Origin: a candidate division WOR-3 bacterium
Lineage (GTDB): Bacteria; Hydrothermota; Hydrothermia; Hydrothermales; Hydrothermaceae
DNA length: 64,000 nt
Assembly (NCBI GenBank): GCA_965649125.1
Contig: CBFGJO010000001.1
Span: 49,767 to 113,766 of the forward strand
Direction: 5' to 3'
The notes beneath the pieces were generated by a model. The model was given only the letters and a program-made list of their open reading frames with translations. It had not been told where the DNA came from and did no database searches. The number at the start of each line of letters is the position of its first letter. The stretch's first letter is position 1. The position numbers were made by a program, and so were the translations under genes. Shown here one piece after another: positions 44,800-55,408 of this stretch.

Positions 44800-47593
44800 T
44801 TTGCCCCCTTATTTTTTTTATAATTTCATAACATCTTGGACATAAATCCTCAAAATCCTCATCTTTTCTTAAATTTTCAGAGTACATCCAACATCTAATA
44901 CATTTCCTTCCTTTTGCTCTATCAACAAAAACTTCTATTTTTAAACTTTCATCATAAAGATTTTCTTCAAAATAAGAAGGTTTTTCAAAAAATACATCGG
45001 AGACAATAAATATTTCTTTTAAATACTCTTTATATTTTAAAAGAATATCAAACTTTCCATTAAAATATAAATTTGCCTCAAGAGAACTTCCTATAATTCC
45101 CTTTTGTCTCACATTCTCTAAAGCCTTTAATACCAAATCTCTTATATTTTTAATTTGTTCAAAATCATTAAATATTTCTTCATCATAAAAATTAAAATCT
45201 CCTATTTCTTCAAAAAATATACTCTTTTCTTTTTTACCGGGCATTTTTGAGTATGCTTCCTCGCATGTAAAACTTAAAATGGGCGAACCAAAAATAAGAA
45301 GTTCTTTTAAAATTAGATAAAGGGCGGTTTGGGCACTTCTTCTTTGAATCCCTTTTGAATAGGAAACATACAACCTATCCTTTAAGGCATCAAGATAAAA
45401 TGAAGAAAGGGTATCCGAACAGAACGCGTAATAATCTTTAAAGAATTTATGGAATTCAAAATTTTCATAGTTTTTTGTCCATTCCTCTCTTTTTATTTTA
45501 AGTAAAGATAATATATATTTATCAAAGGGAAGCATATTTTCAAAAGGAACTTTATCATTTTCTGGATCAAAATCATATAAGTTTCCAAGTATAAACCTGA
45601 ATGTATTTCTTATTTTCCTGTATATCTCCACATTCCTATTTAAAATTTCATCAGAGAGTCTTACATCCTGAGTATATTCAGATGAGGCAGCCCATATTCT
45701 CAATATTTCTGCTCCATATTTATCACATACTTCAATTGGATCTATAACATTCCCTAAGGATTTATGCATTGCCCTTCCCTCTGCATCAAGCGTCCATCCA
45801 TGAGTTATACATATCTTATATGGACTTTTTTCTCTAAGTGCCATACTTAAGACAAGGCTTGCATTAAACCATCCTCTATGCTGATCAGGTCCTTCAATAT
45901 ATAAATCAGATGGCCATGAAAGATTCCTTTCCTTTAAAACTATAAGACTTGTTAATCCCGAATCAATCCATACATCAAGAATATCAAACTCCTTTTCAAA
46001 TTCCTTTGAACCGCATTTATCACATCTTACACTTTCATCTATGAATTCTTTCAAATCATGGTTCAGCCAGGCATCACAGGTTTCGTTTTTTGTTTTTTCT
46101 GAAAGTTTTTCAATCACACCAAGATTTAAAAATACATCATTACATCTTTTGCATCTTAAAGCAGGAATAAATACACCCCACGCTCTCTGTCTTGAAATAC
46201 ACCAATCAGGTCTTTCTACAACCGCTGCTCTTATCCTGTTTATACTATTCTCAGGAACCCATCTTATTTTTTCTATCTCAGATAGTGCCCTTTTTCTTAA
46301 ATCTAAATGCTTAAGTGAAAGAAACCATTGTGAAGTTGCTTTGAATATAAGTGGATTCTTACATCTCCAGCAATGTGGATAACTATGTAAAATTTTTGAA
46401 GATTTTAAAAGCTTTTTTTTCTCTCTTAATATTTCAATAACTTTCAGAGAGGCTTCATCAACTGAAAGTCCTTTAAAAATCTCTCCTGCTTCAGAAGTAA
46501 ATCTTCCACTATCATCAATTGGAGATAAAACAGGAAGGTTATATTTAATTCCAACTTCAAAATCTTCTTTACCATGCCCCGGAGCAATATGAACAATACC
46601 TGAGCCAACTAATTCTGTGACAAAATCTGCAAGGATTCCTTTTGAAATTCTTTCAAAAAATGGATGTAAAAATTCTTTATTTTCAAATATTTCTCCTTTT
46701 TCTCTTTTTAAAATTTTTATATCTTCAAAGGAAAGTTCCTCTTTAATCCTTTCAAGGGCAGGTTCTGCAACGATAAATTTCCTTTTATTCACTTCAATTT
46801 CTAAGTAATAGAAATCCGGATTGAAAGCGAGCCCTAAATTTGATATTATTGTCCATGGTGTTGTTGTCCATACAAGTATTTCTGTATCCTCATCAAAGGG
46901 AAAGTTTTCTCCCTTTTTAAAATTCATTGTAAAATAAATAGAAGGGGATTCTTTATCTTTATATTCAATCTCAGCCATTGCAAGGGGTGTATGACAGTAA
47001 GGGCAAAAATGAACCGGCATAAAACTCCTGTAAATATAACCCTTTTTAAACAGTTCAGCAAACAGTCTTAACTCCTCTGCTTCATATCTTGGATCCATTG
47101 TTAAATAAGGATTATCCCATTCACCTATACATAAAAGCCTTTTAAACTCTTCCTTTTGAATTTCTGTCCATTTTGCTGCATATTCTCTACTTTTTTCTCT
47201 TATAATTCTTTTTACTTCGGGTTTTTTAAGGTTTTCAGGGTCTTTAACAAGTTCATAAAGTTTTTTATTTTCTTGAATAACTTTATTTTCAATTGGCATC
47301 CCATGATTATCCCAGCCAGGAATATAAGGTGATTTATATCCCTTAATAAAATAAAATTTTACTATAATATCTTTAAGAATTTTATTAATTGCTGTTCCTA
47401 AATGTATATGCTCATTTGAATAAGGAGGACCATCATGTAAAATAAAAATACCTTTATTTTTTCTTTCAAGTAATTTGTAATATATCTTTTCTTTATCCCA
47501 ATATTCTATTATTTCTTTTTCCCTCTTTGAAAGATTTGCTTTCATTGAAAAATCTGTCTTTGGTAAATTCAGTGTATCCCTAATTTCCATCAC
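44792..47593 (-). CDS. ileS: Isoleucyl-tRNA synthetase
   Basis: HIGH region PYSNEHIHLGTA and KMSKS-type motif AMHKSLGNVIDP. Editing domain and a C-terminal Zn-binding cysteine pair are present. 933 aa. Confidence 0.95.
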   Translation of the reverse strand: MMEIRDTLNLPKTDFSMKANLSKREKEIIEYWDKEKIYYKLLERKNKGIFILHDGPPYSNEHIHLGTAINKILKDIIVKFYFIKGYKSPYIPGWDNHGMPIENKVIQENKKLYELVKDPENLKKPEVKRIIREKSREYAAKWTEIQKEEFKRLLCIGEWDNPYLTMDPRYEAEELRLFAELFKKGYIYRSFMPVHFCPYCHTPLAMAEIEYKDKESPSIYFTMNFKKGENFPFDEDTEILVWTTTPWTIISNLGLAFNPDFYYLEIEVNKRKFIVAEPALERIKEELSFEDIKILKREKGEIFENKEFLHPFFERISKGILADFVTELVGSGIVHIAPGHGKEDFEVGIKYNLPVLSPIDDSGRFTSEAGEIFKGLSVDEASLKVIEILREKKKLLKSSKILHSYPHCWRCKNPLIFKATSQWFLSLKHLDLRKRALSEIEKIRWVPENSINRIRAAVVERPDWCISRQRAWGVFIPALRCKRCNDVFLNLGVIEKLSEKTKNETCDAWLNHDLKEFIDESVRCDKCGSKEFEKEFDILDVWIDSGLTSLIVLKERNLSWPSDLYIEGPDQHRGWFNASLVLSMALREKSPYKICITHGWTLDAEGRAMHKSLGNVIDPIEVCDKYGAEILRIWAASSEYTQDVRLSDEILNRNVEIYRKIRNTFRFILGNLYDFDPENDKVPFENMLPFDKYILSLLKIKREEWTKNYENFEFHKFFKDYYAFCSDTLSSFYLDALKDRLYVSYSKGIQRRSAQTALYLILKELLIFGSPILSFTCEEAYSKMPGKKEKSIFFEEIGDFNFYDEEIFNDFEQIKNIRDLVLKALENVRQKGIIGSSLEANLYFNGKFDILLKYKEYLKEIFIVSDVFFEKPSYFEENLYDESLKIEVFVDRAKGRKCIRCWMYSENLRKDEDFEDLCPRCYEIIKKIRGQSE

Positions 47594-48288
47594 CCTTCCT
47601 TTTCAACCATGTTCAAATAAGTCTTTATTTTTAAATCATCAGGGTATTCTTCTAAAAGGTTTTTCCATATTTTTTTTGCTTTATTTTTCTCACCCTTTTT
47701 ATAATAAACAAGACCAAGAAGTGTAAAAGCCATTTTATATTTGGGATTCAAATTTAAAACTTCTTTTAAAATCTTTTCAGCTTCTTTATATTCACCTTTT
47801 TGAATTAAAGAGTGTGCAAGTAAAGTTTTAATATCAAGAAATCCAGGTGCTATCTGAAGTGCCTTTCTAAATTCTTCCACAGCTTTATCGTATTCACCTA
47901 TTTCAAAATATGTCTCTCCAAGTTTTTTGTAAGTATTGGCGAGATTATTCTTTATAGTTTGTGGAATTCCGCCACTTCCTTTTTCAAGTAAAACGGCCTT
48001 TTCATAATATTTTGAAGATTTTTCAAATTCTCCTATATCATTCAGAACAATAGCCATATTTATATTTGCTTCAACATAATCAGGATTTATTTGAAGAGCC
48101 CTTTCAAAACTCTTGATTGCATCTTTAAAAAGACCAAGAGTATAATAGCATAGACCAAGAAGGTTATGATAGTCTGCATAATTTGGATGTATTTTTATTG
48201 CCTCTTTTAATTTGGGAATAGCCTCCCAAACTTTTCCCCTTTCATAAAGCTTTTTACCCTCGTTAAAAAATCTTTCTCCTTTATCCAT
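47590..48288 (-). CDS. TPR-repeat protein
   Basis: About 6 consecutive 34-aa repeats with the W/LG/Y/A/F/A/P consensus (for example YHNLLGLCYYTLGLFKDAIKSFERALQINPDY). Confidence 0.7.
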   Translation of the reverse strand: MDKGERFFNEGKKLYERGKVWEAIPKLKEAIKIHPNYADYHNLLGLCYYTLGLFKDAIKSFERALQINPDYVEANINMAIVLNDIGEFEKSSKYYEKAVLLEKGSGGIPQTIKNNLANTYKKLGETYFEIGEYDKAVEEFRKALQIAPGFLDIKTLLAHSLIQKGEYKEAEKILKEVLNLNPKYKMAFTLLGLVYYKKGEKNKAKKIWKNLLEEYPDDLKIKTYLNMVEKEG

Positions 48289-48310
48289 AAGTTTTTTATT
48301 ATATAAAATT

Positions 48311-49729
48311 TTATCCTTCTATTTCAAATATTCTTCTTGACTTAGGAACCTGTGATTTTAAAACATCATTATGAACAATGCCAACACCTAATGGAAAGTC
48401 TTTATAAAAAACCACAACTTGCCCTTTTATTTGTGAAGAAATTTTTGTGTCCTTACCCAAAAGAAAACTTTTTACATTCTCAAAATTTTCAATTTCTAAT
48501 TTTCTATTTTTTATAAGTTTACCAAAAACCTGCACAAAATTTGTAGTAAGTTTATATCCCTTTGAATATTTTCTTAAAAATCTTAAACCTTTTCTCAGAG
48601 CAAATGGGTTTACAATTTCTTTAATTTTCTTTGATAGAATCCATATCTCATCTTTTTTAACATAAAATAAAAAGTTTCCAAAATTTTTCCTTTCCAGCCC
48701 AAACTCGTTTTCAAGAAAAAAGAAAGCTTCTTTTATTTCTTTATCATCAATATCAAAAATTTTATTCTCCTCTTTTAAATAGAACTTCTTTTCCCTTTTA
48801 ATAGTATCCTTTTTGCGTAAAAGTGCAATATAAAAACCTTCAGATAGAATATCCTGAGGATATATTCTTATTGTTTTTTGAGTATCATTTAAAAAAGAAA
48901 TATCATTAAAACTTTTGAACCCCTTCCTTGAAGGGATTTTTTCATTTTTTATCTCAACTATTTCAAGAGGGAAACCTTTTACCATTTCATTTACCAGGTA
49001 TTCATTTTCTTTAATTGAGAGTGTGCATGTTGAATAAACCATTTTCCCTTCGGGCTTTAAGGCTTTTAATGCAGATTTAAATATCTCCCTTTGAATTTTA
49101 TAAAATTTATCTATTTCTCTTGGATGCCACCATTTCAAGATATCAGGATATTTATCTATCATACCAAGAGAAGAACATGGTGGATCAACTATAACTTTAT
49201 CAAATTCTTCAAAAAAGATATCACCTATTTTCTGTGCATCAATCCTTGTAACCACTACATTTAAAAGCCCGATCCTGTCAATATTATGGGAAAGCGCCCT
49301 AAGCCTTTCAATATTTATATCGTTTGCAAGTATAACTCCATTATTTTTTAAGCAAATACCTGCCTGTGTTGTTTTTGAGCCAGGTGCAGCACATATGTCA
49401 AGGATTTTTTCATTCTCTTTTATATCAAGAATTTCTACGGGTATCATTGAAGAAAGGCTTTGAATGTAAAAGAAACCTAAATAGTGTTCAATCGTTTTTG
49501 ATATTTCAAAAGGCTGTTTTACAACTTCTAATGCATAGGGAATAATATCATTTTTTTTAATTTCAAATCCTTTTTTATTTAAAATTTTTAAAAGTTCTTC
49601 CCTTTCTATTTTTATCAAATTAACCCTTATATAGGTAGGAAGTTCTTTTCTTAAAACTTCAAGGAATTTTTCAAAATCATTTTTATCATAAAAAATTTCG
49701 GAAAGAGTATTGTATATCTCTTTAATCAC
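48311..49729 (-). CDS. RsmB/RsmF (NOL1/NOP2/Sun) family RNA cytosine-C5 methyltransferase
   Basis: SAM motif I LDICAAPGSKTTQ, motif IV VDPPCSSLGMI (catalytic Cys) and motif VI MVYSTCTL (second Cys). 472 aa with a C-terminal extension. Confidence 0.8.
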   Translation of the reverse strand: MIKEIYNTLSEIFYDKNDFEKFLEVLRKELPTYIRVNLIKIEREELLKILNKKGFEIKKNDIIPYALEVVKQPFEISKTIEHYLGFFYIQSLSSMIPVEILDIKENEKILDICAAPGSKTTQAGICLKNNGVILANDINIERLRALSHNIDRIGLLNVVVTRIDAQKIGDIFFEEFDKVIVDPPCSSLGMIDKYPDILKWWHPREIDKFYKIQREIFKSALKALKPEGKMVYSTCTLSIKENEYLVNEMVKGFPLEIVEIKNEKIPSRKGFKSFNDISFLNDTQKTIRIYPQDILSEGFYIALLRKKDTIKREKKFYLKEENKIFDIDDKEIKEAFFFLENEFGLERKNFGNFLFYVKKDEIWILSKKIKEIVNPFALRKGLRFLRKYSKGYKLTTNFVQVFGKLIKNRKLEIENFENVKSFLLGKDTKISSQIKGQVVVFYKDFPLGVGIVHNDVLKSQVPKSRRIFEIEG

Positions 49730-52700
49730 TTTAAAAGAGAATTTAAATAATCTATGAATATTTTTTTATCTTCGTAAGGAATATTTGAATTCAAAACCTT
49801 AATTAAATTTATCTTTATTATCTTATCCTCCTCTATTATTTCTTTTGGAGAGGGCAAAGGTGTGTAAGGTTTTGGTCTTTCAGCGTATCTTTTTTGGGTA
49901 AATTCTCTTTTATATACAGACCTTTGGATTTCAAGCATTCTTGAAAGTATTCTTTCCTGCCTCTCTATAATTTCCCTTTTAACTTCGCCTCTTTCAATTT
50001 CTTCAGAAATCTTTTTCATCTCTTCCATAATTTTTTCCAGTTTACCCTGAAACTCTTCTGGTCCTTGCGCACCTTTAATTTCTTCCAGCATTTCTTTTAA
50101 CTTTTCTGCAAGTGATCTTTGCATCACGGCAATTCTTTCAACCTTTCTTAACATTTCTTCTGAAGGTGCTTCACCAATTTCAAATGGCAAAATACTTTGA
50201 GTTAATTCATTTATACGGGATTGCTCCTTAATCATTTCTGAAAGCCTTTTTAAAGCCTCAAGTAGTGCAGAAGAAGCACCCTGCCCTCCTTCCTCCATTT
50301 TTAATATTTCAAGACAGATAAGAGTTAAATAATTCTCCATCTCTTCTGAAATATTTTTTAAATCTTTAATTTCAAATATTTTTATTTTTTCATAAAGCTC
50401 TTCTGATTTATAATAGGTTGAAAATACATAGTTTAAAACTTTTTTCGGGAACATAAGATTAACTTTTGCAATTTCACTTACCTTATCTTTAAATCTCCTT
50501 ATAGTTTCCTTATTTTTAAAAATTTCCTCTTCCAGATCTTCAATATTTTCCCTTTTTTCAATCTTTTCTGTTATTCTCTTCTGATTTTCAGAGAGAAATA
50601 ATGAAGAAAAGAATATCTCTTCAAGTTTCTCCTGTGAAATTTTACTCCTCATTGCGAGAAGGTCACTTAAGGCTTTTTCTGTTTTCTCTCTTGCTTTTTT
50701 CACATGCTCTTTTGAAGAAGAAATTTTCCCCTTACAATTTTTTTCACCATGTAAAAACAACTCTTCTCCTTTTTCAAAATCCTTACTCCCGGACTCTATT
50801 TCTTCTTTTGCTTCCATAATTTCTTCACCAACTCTTTTTTCCTTATCTTTAAAACCTTTTGAAATATCCTCCATTTCTTTTGACAAATTTTTCATTTCTT
50901 CTTTTAAATTTTCAAACTCACTTATTGCAATTTTTTCCATATCTTTTATGATTCTTTCCATCTTATCTTCTATCTTCTTCATCCTTTCAACCATCTCTTT
51001 TAACTTTATTTCCTGCCTTACCCTTTCAAGAAACTCTTTCATCTGCTCAATCTTTTCCTTTAAAATCTCCTGATTTAAAACGAGATTTTTATATGCCTCT
51101 TTTAGTTTTTCAGGGTCAAGTTTTTTAATTGCTTCTTTTATCTCTTCTAAAATCTTTTTTAATTCAGGTGTCATTATCTCATTAAACAGTTCTTTTAATT
51201 CAAACAGTTTTTCCTGAAGTTCTATATCAAGAGGATATCTTTTCAAAAGTTCAGATACTTTTTTAGAATACTCTTCAAATCTCTCAGAGATTTTCTCAAT
51301 ACTTTTCCCTATTTCTTCAACCATCTCCTTAATCTCTCCAAATTCTTTTTTCTCCTTGATTTTTTCTATCTTTTCCTCTATATTTTTTAAATCCCTGTAA
51401 AAATCAGAAACTTCTTTGCCTTCTCCTTTTAAAAAGGATATACCTTCTTCCATTTCTTTTTCTGTTTCTTTATAAATCTCTAAATATGTTGGAATCCAAA
51501 ATTTATAAATCCTCGACTTTGAACTCCTTGAACTTCCATCTAAACCCCTATCTTCTACTACGAACCAAAGACGAACCGTATCCCCTGGTAAAAGTGGAAG
51601 ATGTGAGAGATCAAGAAGATAAAAAACGGTATCTTCTTTTTGGTTTTTATAGTTTTTAATCCTCTTTGAATAATTTTCTTTAAATTGGGTAAATAAATCA
51701 AGATTTTTTAAAGAAAAATCATCCATTAAATATAAAGCAAAGGGAATTTTCATATCCTCATTTATTTTATCATCTGATGTTGGAAATATTACATATATAA
51801 ATGGTTTTTCATCTAAAACTTTGCCTATCTCAATTTTTTGCATTTCAGGAATCTTCTTATCATCTGTAAAATAAACAAAATTCAAAAAACCTTTTTTTCT
51901 TTCAAAATTAACATCAAAACTTTTCTCATGGAATTTTTTAAAATATTCTTCATTTAGAAAAATATAACCTGAATCAAAATCACCTGAAAAATTAAAAAGT
52001 ATTTTAAAATTTGAATCAAAAGTGAACACCTTTTCAGGTGAATAAAGGGTATCATTTGAAAGAAATACTTTCCAGGATTTTAAAAAAGGTCTTTCTTTAA
52101 ATGTTATCCTTGCTTCTTTGCTTTTAAATCCATCTGTTTTAATCTTATATTTCAAAGTGCAAGGCTCAAATACATTTATTGTATATGTATAATAGCCTTC
52201 AACTTTTCTCATAATACCAATTTTTTTATCCTTATTGATTTTATATTCAATAAAAACTTTATCAAATTTTTTTTCACCAAAAGGAACTCCTTTTATATTT
52301 AAATTTAATGGAACAAAAAATGTTCCTTTAAGGGGCTGTATTTTCAGATAAAAATCTTTGCTTTCAACTCCCACATAATATTCAGCAAATCTATAAGGAA
52401 AAAGCGAGAAAAAAAGTAGTGAATAGAGAAAAGAATATAAAAAAAATTTTATTTTTTTAAAAAGATTTTTTAGTGGATATGTCCTTTTGAAATCAAATCC
52501 TTCAAAAAAAATTTCTAATTTATCTGCAATTTTCCTTTCCCTTTCCTTTTCTGAATCCTTAAATTCAAGATATGTTATTATTTTTTCATCTAACTCGGGA
52601 ATCTTCTTTTCAATTTCTCTTGCAATCTTAAAATTATTAAGCCTTTTAAGAAAATATAAAAAATAAATAAAAGGTAAAAGAGAAATGAACAAAAAAAATA

Positions 52701-52821
52701 ATTTTATTTTAAGGAGAATACATAGAACTCCACAGATTGTAAAGATTGATAAAAATAAAAAAAGGTTTTCTAAAAATTTTATAAGAATCAAATATCTTTT
52801 AAATTCTTCCAATTTTTTCAT
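49726..52821 (-). CDS. Large (1031 aa) membrane-anchored protein with extended coiled-coil C-terminal half; function unknown
   Basis: Three N-terminal hydrophobic helices, a mixed alpha/beta region of about 350 aa, then about 500 aa of K/E-rich heptad repeats. No catalytic motif recognised. Confidence 0.35.
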   Translation of the reverse strand: MKKLEEFKRYLILIKFLENLFLFLSIFTICGVLCILLKIKLFFLFISLLPFIYFLYFLKRLNNFKIAREIEKKIPELDEKIITYLEFKDSEKERERKIADKLEIFFEGFDFKRTYPLKNLFKKIKFFLYSFLYSLLFFSLFPYRFAEYYVGVESKDFYLKIQPLKGTFFVPLNLNIKGVPFGEKKFDKVFIEYKINKDKKIGIMRKVEGYYTYTINVFEPCTLKYKIKTDGFKSKEARITFKERPFLKSWKVFLSNDTLYSPEKVFTFDSNFKILFNFSGDFDSGYIFLNEEYFKKFHEKSFDVNFERKKGFLNFVYFTDDKKIPEMQKIEIGKVLDEKPFIYVIFPTSDDKINEDMKIPFALYLMDDFSLKNLDLFTQFKENYSKRIKNYKNQKEDTVFYLLDLSHLPLLPGDTVRLWFVVEDRGLDGSSRSSKSRIYKFWIPTYLEIYKETEKEMEEGISFLKGEGKEVSDFYRDLKNIEEKIEKIKEKKEFGEIKEMVEEIGKSIEKISERFEEYSKKVSELLKRYPLDIELQEKLFELKELFNEIMTPELKKILEEIKEAIKKLDPEKLKEAYKNLVLNQEILKEKIEQMKEFLERVRQEIKLKEMVERMKKIEDKMERIIKDMEKIAISEFENLKEEMKNLSKEMEDISKGFKDKEKRVGEEIMEAKEEIESGSKDFEKGEELFLHGEKNCKGKISSSKEHVKKAREKTEKALSDLLAMRSKISQEKLEEIFFSSLFLSENQKRITEKIEKRENIEDLEEEIFKNKETIRRFKDKVSEIAKVNLMFPKKVLNYVFSTYYKSEELYEKIKIFEIKDLKNISEEMENYLTLICLEILKMEEGGQGASSALLEALKRLSEMIKEQSRINELTQSILPFEIGEAPSEEMLRKVERIAVMQRSLAEKLKEMLEEIKGAQGPEEFQGKLEKIMEEMKKISEEIERGEVKREIIERQERILSRMLEIQRSVYKREFTQKRYAERPKPYTPLPSPKEIIEEDKIIKINLIKVLNSNIPYEDKKIFIDYLNSLLK

Positions 52822-52903
52822 TAGAAATAAAAAATAAAGTATTTTCTTTTAAAATGTCAAGTCCTATATAATTAATTCCTTAAATAAATTTCGGAGGTAA
52901 AAT

Positions 52904-53431
52904 ATGGAGAGAGTAATTATATTTGTAGATGGAGCGTATATGCTTGCAGCATGCAGTGAGAGAAATATAAAATACGATCTTTTTAAACTCATTCCAATTC
53001 TTCAAAAAGATAGGAAAATTATAAGGAGTTATTATTATGATGGGATATATTCAGCAGAGGATGCAAGGAGGTCACATGAATATCTTGAAAAAAGAGAGAA
53101 AAAGATAAGTTTTATAAAAAACTTCATAGGAAGGGGAATAACACCGAGACTTTCAACATTAAAATTCAGGGGAGATAAACCAATTCAAAAAGGGGTTGAT
53201 GTAAGAATAGCAACAGATATGATAATGCTTGCAATTAAAAATGCTTATGATACTGCAATTTTAGTTTCAGGAGATGAGGATCTGGTTGAGGTTGTAAGGG
53301 AAATAAAATATCTTGGGAAAAGAGTAGAGGTTGTTGCATTTAAAAAGGGGATTTCAGAGAGTCTTGAGATAGAGGCAGATGAAATATGGTATCTTGAAGA
53401 TATATGGGAAGATATAAAAAGGGAGGAATAA
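52904..53431 (+). CDS. NYN-domain (LabA-like) predicted RNase
   Basis: MERVIIFVDGAYM... and ...DVRIATDMIMLAIKNAYDTAILVSGDEDLVEVV carry the acidic PIN-like catalytic residues of the NYN/LabA fold. GGAGGT RBS upstream. Confidence 0.75.
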   Translation: MERVIIFVDGAYMLAACSERNIKYDLFKLIPILQKDRKIIRSYYYDGIYSAEDARRSHEYLEKREKKISFIKNFIGRGITPRLSTLKFRGDKPIQKGVDVRIATDMIMLAIKNAYDTAILVSGDEDLVEVVREIKYLGKRVEVVAFKKGISESLEIEADEIWYLEDIWEDIKREE

Positions 53432-53434
53432 ATT

Positions 53435-55405
53435 ATGAAGGTCTTTATATTCTTACTCTTTTTACAGTTTGGGGGTGGTTATCTTAAATTTATGTATAAA
53501 ACTAAGGTAAATGATGATACAGGAAATGCATATCAATCAAGACCTAATGTATATTTTTCAAGAGTTGATTCGTCACTATATGTAGTCTTTGAAGATGATA
53601 GGGATAAGGATGGACTATATGAAATTTATTTTGCAAAATCAACAGATTTTGGAAGAACATGGTCTTCAAATAAACTTATAAGTTCTAACCTTGATAGGAA
53701 TGATTATTATCCCTGGATTGCGGTTTCAAAGGAAGGCACTATCCATATTGTCTGGCAATCAAAAAAAGGTAATATAGGAAAAGTTTACTATACCCGTTCA
53801 AACGACGGAGGTAATACTTTTACCCCACCTGATACTGTTCCGGGAATAAAGGTTATCTATAGCACTTTTTCAAATGTGAATTTTGGCCCTCAACCAAAAA
53901 TTGCAGTGGACCCAACTGACCCAAAAAGAGTTTACCTTGTATGGGCTGATGATAGAACAGGACTTATTCAGATAAGGCTTTCCCGTTCTGATGATGGAGG
54001 AAATACATTTCAGGATTTGGGGATTGTTGATAAAAATTTATACAATGTTAATCGGCAGCCATTTGTTGTTGTTGACGATTCAGGCTATGTGCATATAGCA
54101 TGGGCAAGAGGAAATTCAGGAACTAACCAGGACCCTCACCCTGATATAGGATACAACTTCTCAAAGGATAAAGGTCAAACTTTTCTTGCTCAAGACATTT
54201 TTGTTGTGGATAACCCTAACTTTGAAACCTATCGTGGCAATCCCTCAATCACTTTAAATAGAAGAACAGGAGATATTTTTGTTGTATGGGAGGATTCAAG
54301 AAACTTTCCAGATGACCAGCCTCATATTTATTTTGCAAGGAGAATTGTTAATCAGGATTCAATTTATTTTTCCGAGAATATAAGGGCTGATAATTCATCA
54401 GGTCTGAGTAATTATAGACCTGTTTTTTTCCTTGATCCTACTGGAAAGGGAGTATGTGCATGGCACTCCAACTTAATTAAAAATGATTACTATAGCATCC
54501 TTGCCTCATCTTATTCAGATCCACTAAATCAATTCAGTCCTGCTCAACTTGTCTTTGAATTTGATACAACATTTACAGGAACTACAAATGCTAATTTCGG
54601 AAATTCCTTTTATCCGCCATCCCTTTTTGTTGATACAGTTAAAGGATATACAAATTTCTTTCTTGTGTGGCAGGATTTAAAAAGGGATCCGTATGGAGAT
54701 ATATATTTCATAAGAGGTAAAGTGGTGCATATCCTTTCTGACCTTGATATTGATGGTGATACACTTGATGCAAAAAATGATACAATTGATTTTGGTGAAG
54801 TCCCTGGAGATCTGTATGTGAAGAAGAAAATCATTGTTGTAAATACGGATTCTCTTTATAATCCTGATCCTGTAGATGGTCCTTCTTTGAGGAAGATTTT
54901 TAATTTCAGGGCTGATACAGTTATCTTAAAGGGACCACCTGGTGGTTTTGCAAAGGTTTTTGTATATACTCCTTTCCCTGAAACTCTTGATGTAGGAAAA
55001 AGTATTAAAGTTGAACTCCTTTGTTTTATAAAAGATGGAAGCCCTTATGGAATTTATAAGGGAGTTTTATATATAACTGCACAGGATAGGGATTCTGCAA
55101 TTACAGGTGACAGTATTATTATAAGTGTAAAGGGTCCAAAAGCAAGGGAAAATTTAGAGGATGCTTTTGTTTATCCAAATCCCTTTAAACCTTTTAAAGG
55201 ACATACCCATATAAGTTTTACAAATCTTTCACCTAATTCAAAAATAGAAATTTTTGATGTAAATGGTAATAAAATAAAGGTTCTTTATGCTGATGGAGAT
55301 GGTTCTGCAAGATGGGATGGTAATGTTGCATCAGGTGTTTATACTTATTTTATAAAGGATAAAAAGGGTAGAAAAAAAATAGGTAAAATTGCAATTGTGA
55401 GGTGA
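53435..55405 (+). CDS. Secreted BNR/Asp-box (sialidase-like) beta-propeller protein with T9SS C-terminal sorting domain
   Basis: Asp-box repeats STDFGRTW, SNDGGNTF, SDDGGNTF, SKDKGQTF. The C-terminal about 80 aa, AFVYPNPFKP...IEIFDVNGNKIKVLYADGDGSARWDG...SGVYTYFIKDKKGRKKIGKIAIVR, match the Por_Secre_tail (vYPNP...GvY) pattern. Confidence 0.7.
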   Translation: MKVFIFLLFLQFGGGYLKFMYKTKVNDDTGNAYQSRPNVYFSRVDSSLYVVFEDDRDKDGLYEIYFAKSTDFGRTWSSNKLISSNLDRNDYYPWIAVSKEGTIHIVWQSKKGNIGKVYYTRSNDGGNTFTPPDTVPGIKVIYSTFSNVNFGPQPKIAVDPTDPKRVYLVWADDRTGLIQIRLSRSDDGGNTFQDLGIVDKNLYNVNRQPFVVVDDSGYVHIAWARGNSGTNQDPHPDIGYNFSKDKGQTFLAQDIFVVDNPNFETYRGNPSITLNRRTGDIFVVWEDSRNFPDDQPHIYFARRIVNQDSIYFSENIRADNSSGLSNYRPVFFLDPTGKGVCAWHSNLIKNDYYSILASSYSDPLNQFSPAQLVFEFDTTFTGTTNANFGNSFYPPSLFVDTVKGYTNFFLVWQDLKRDPYGDIYFIRGKVVHILSDLDIDGDTLDAKNDTIDFGEVPGDLYVKKKIIVVNTDSLYNPDPVDGPSLRKIFNFRADTVILKGPPGGFAKVFVYTPFPETLDVGKSIKVELLCFIKDGSPYGIYKGVLYITAQDRDSAITGDSIIISVKGPKARENLEDAFVYPNPFKPFKGHTHISFTNLSPNSKIEIFDVNGNKIKVLYADGDGSARWDGNVASGVYTYFIKDKKGRKKIGKIAIVR

Positions 55406-55408
55406 ACC

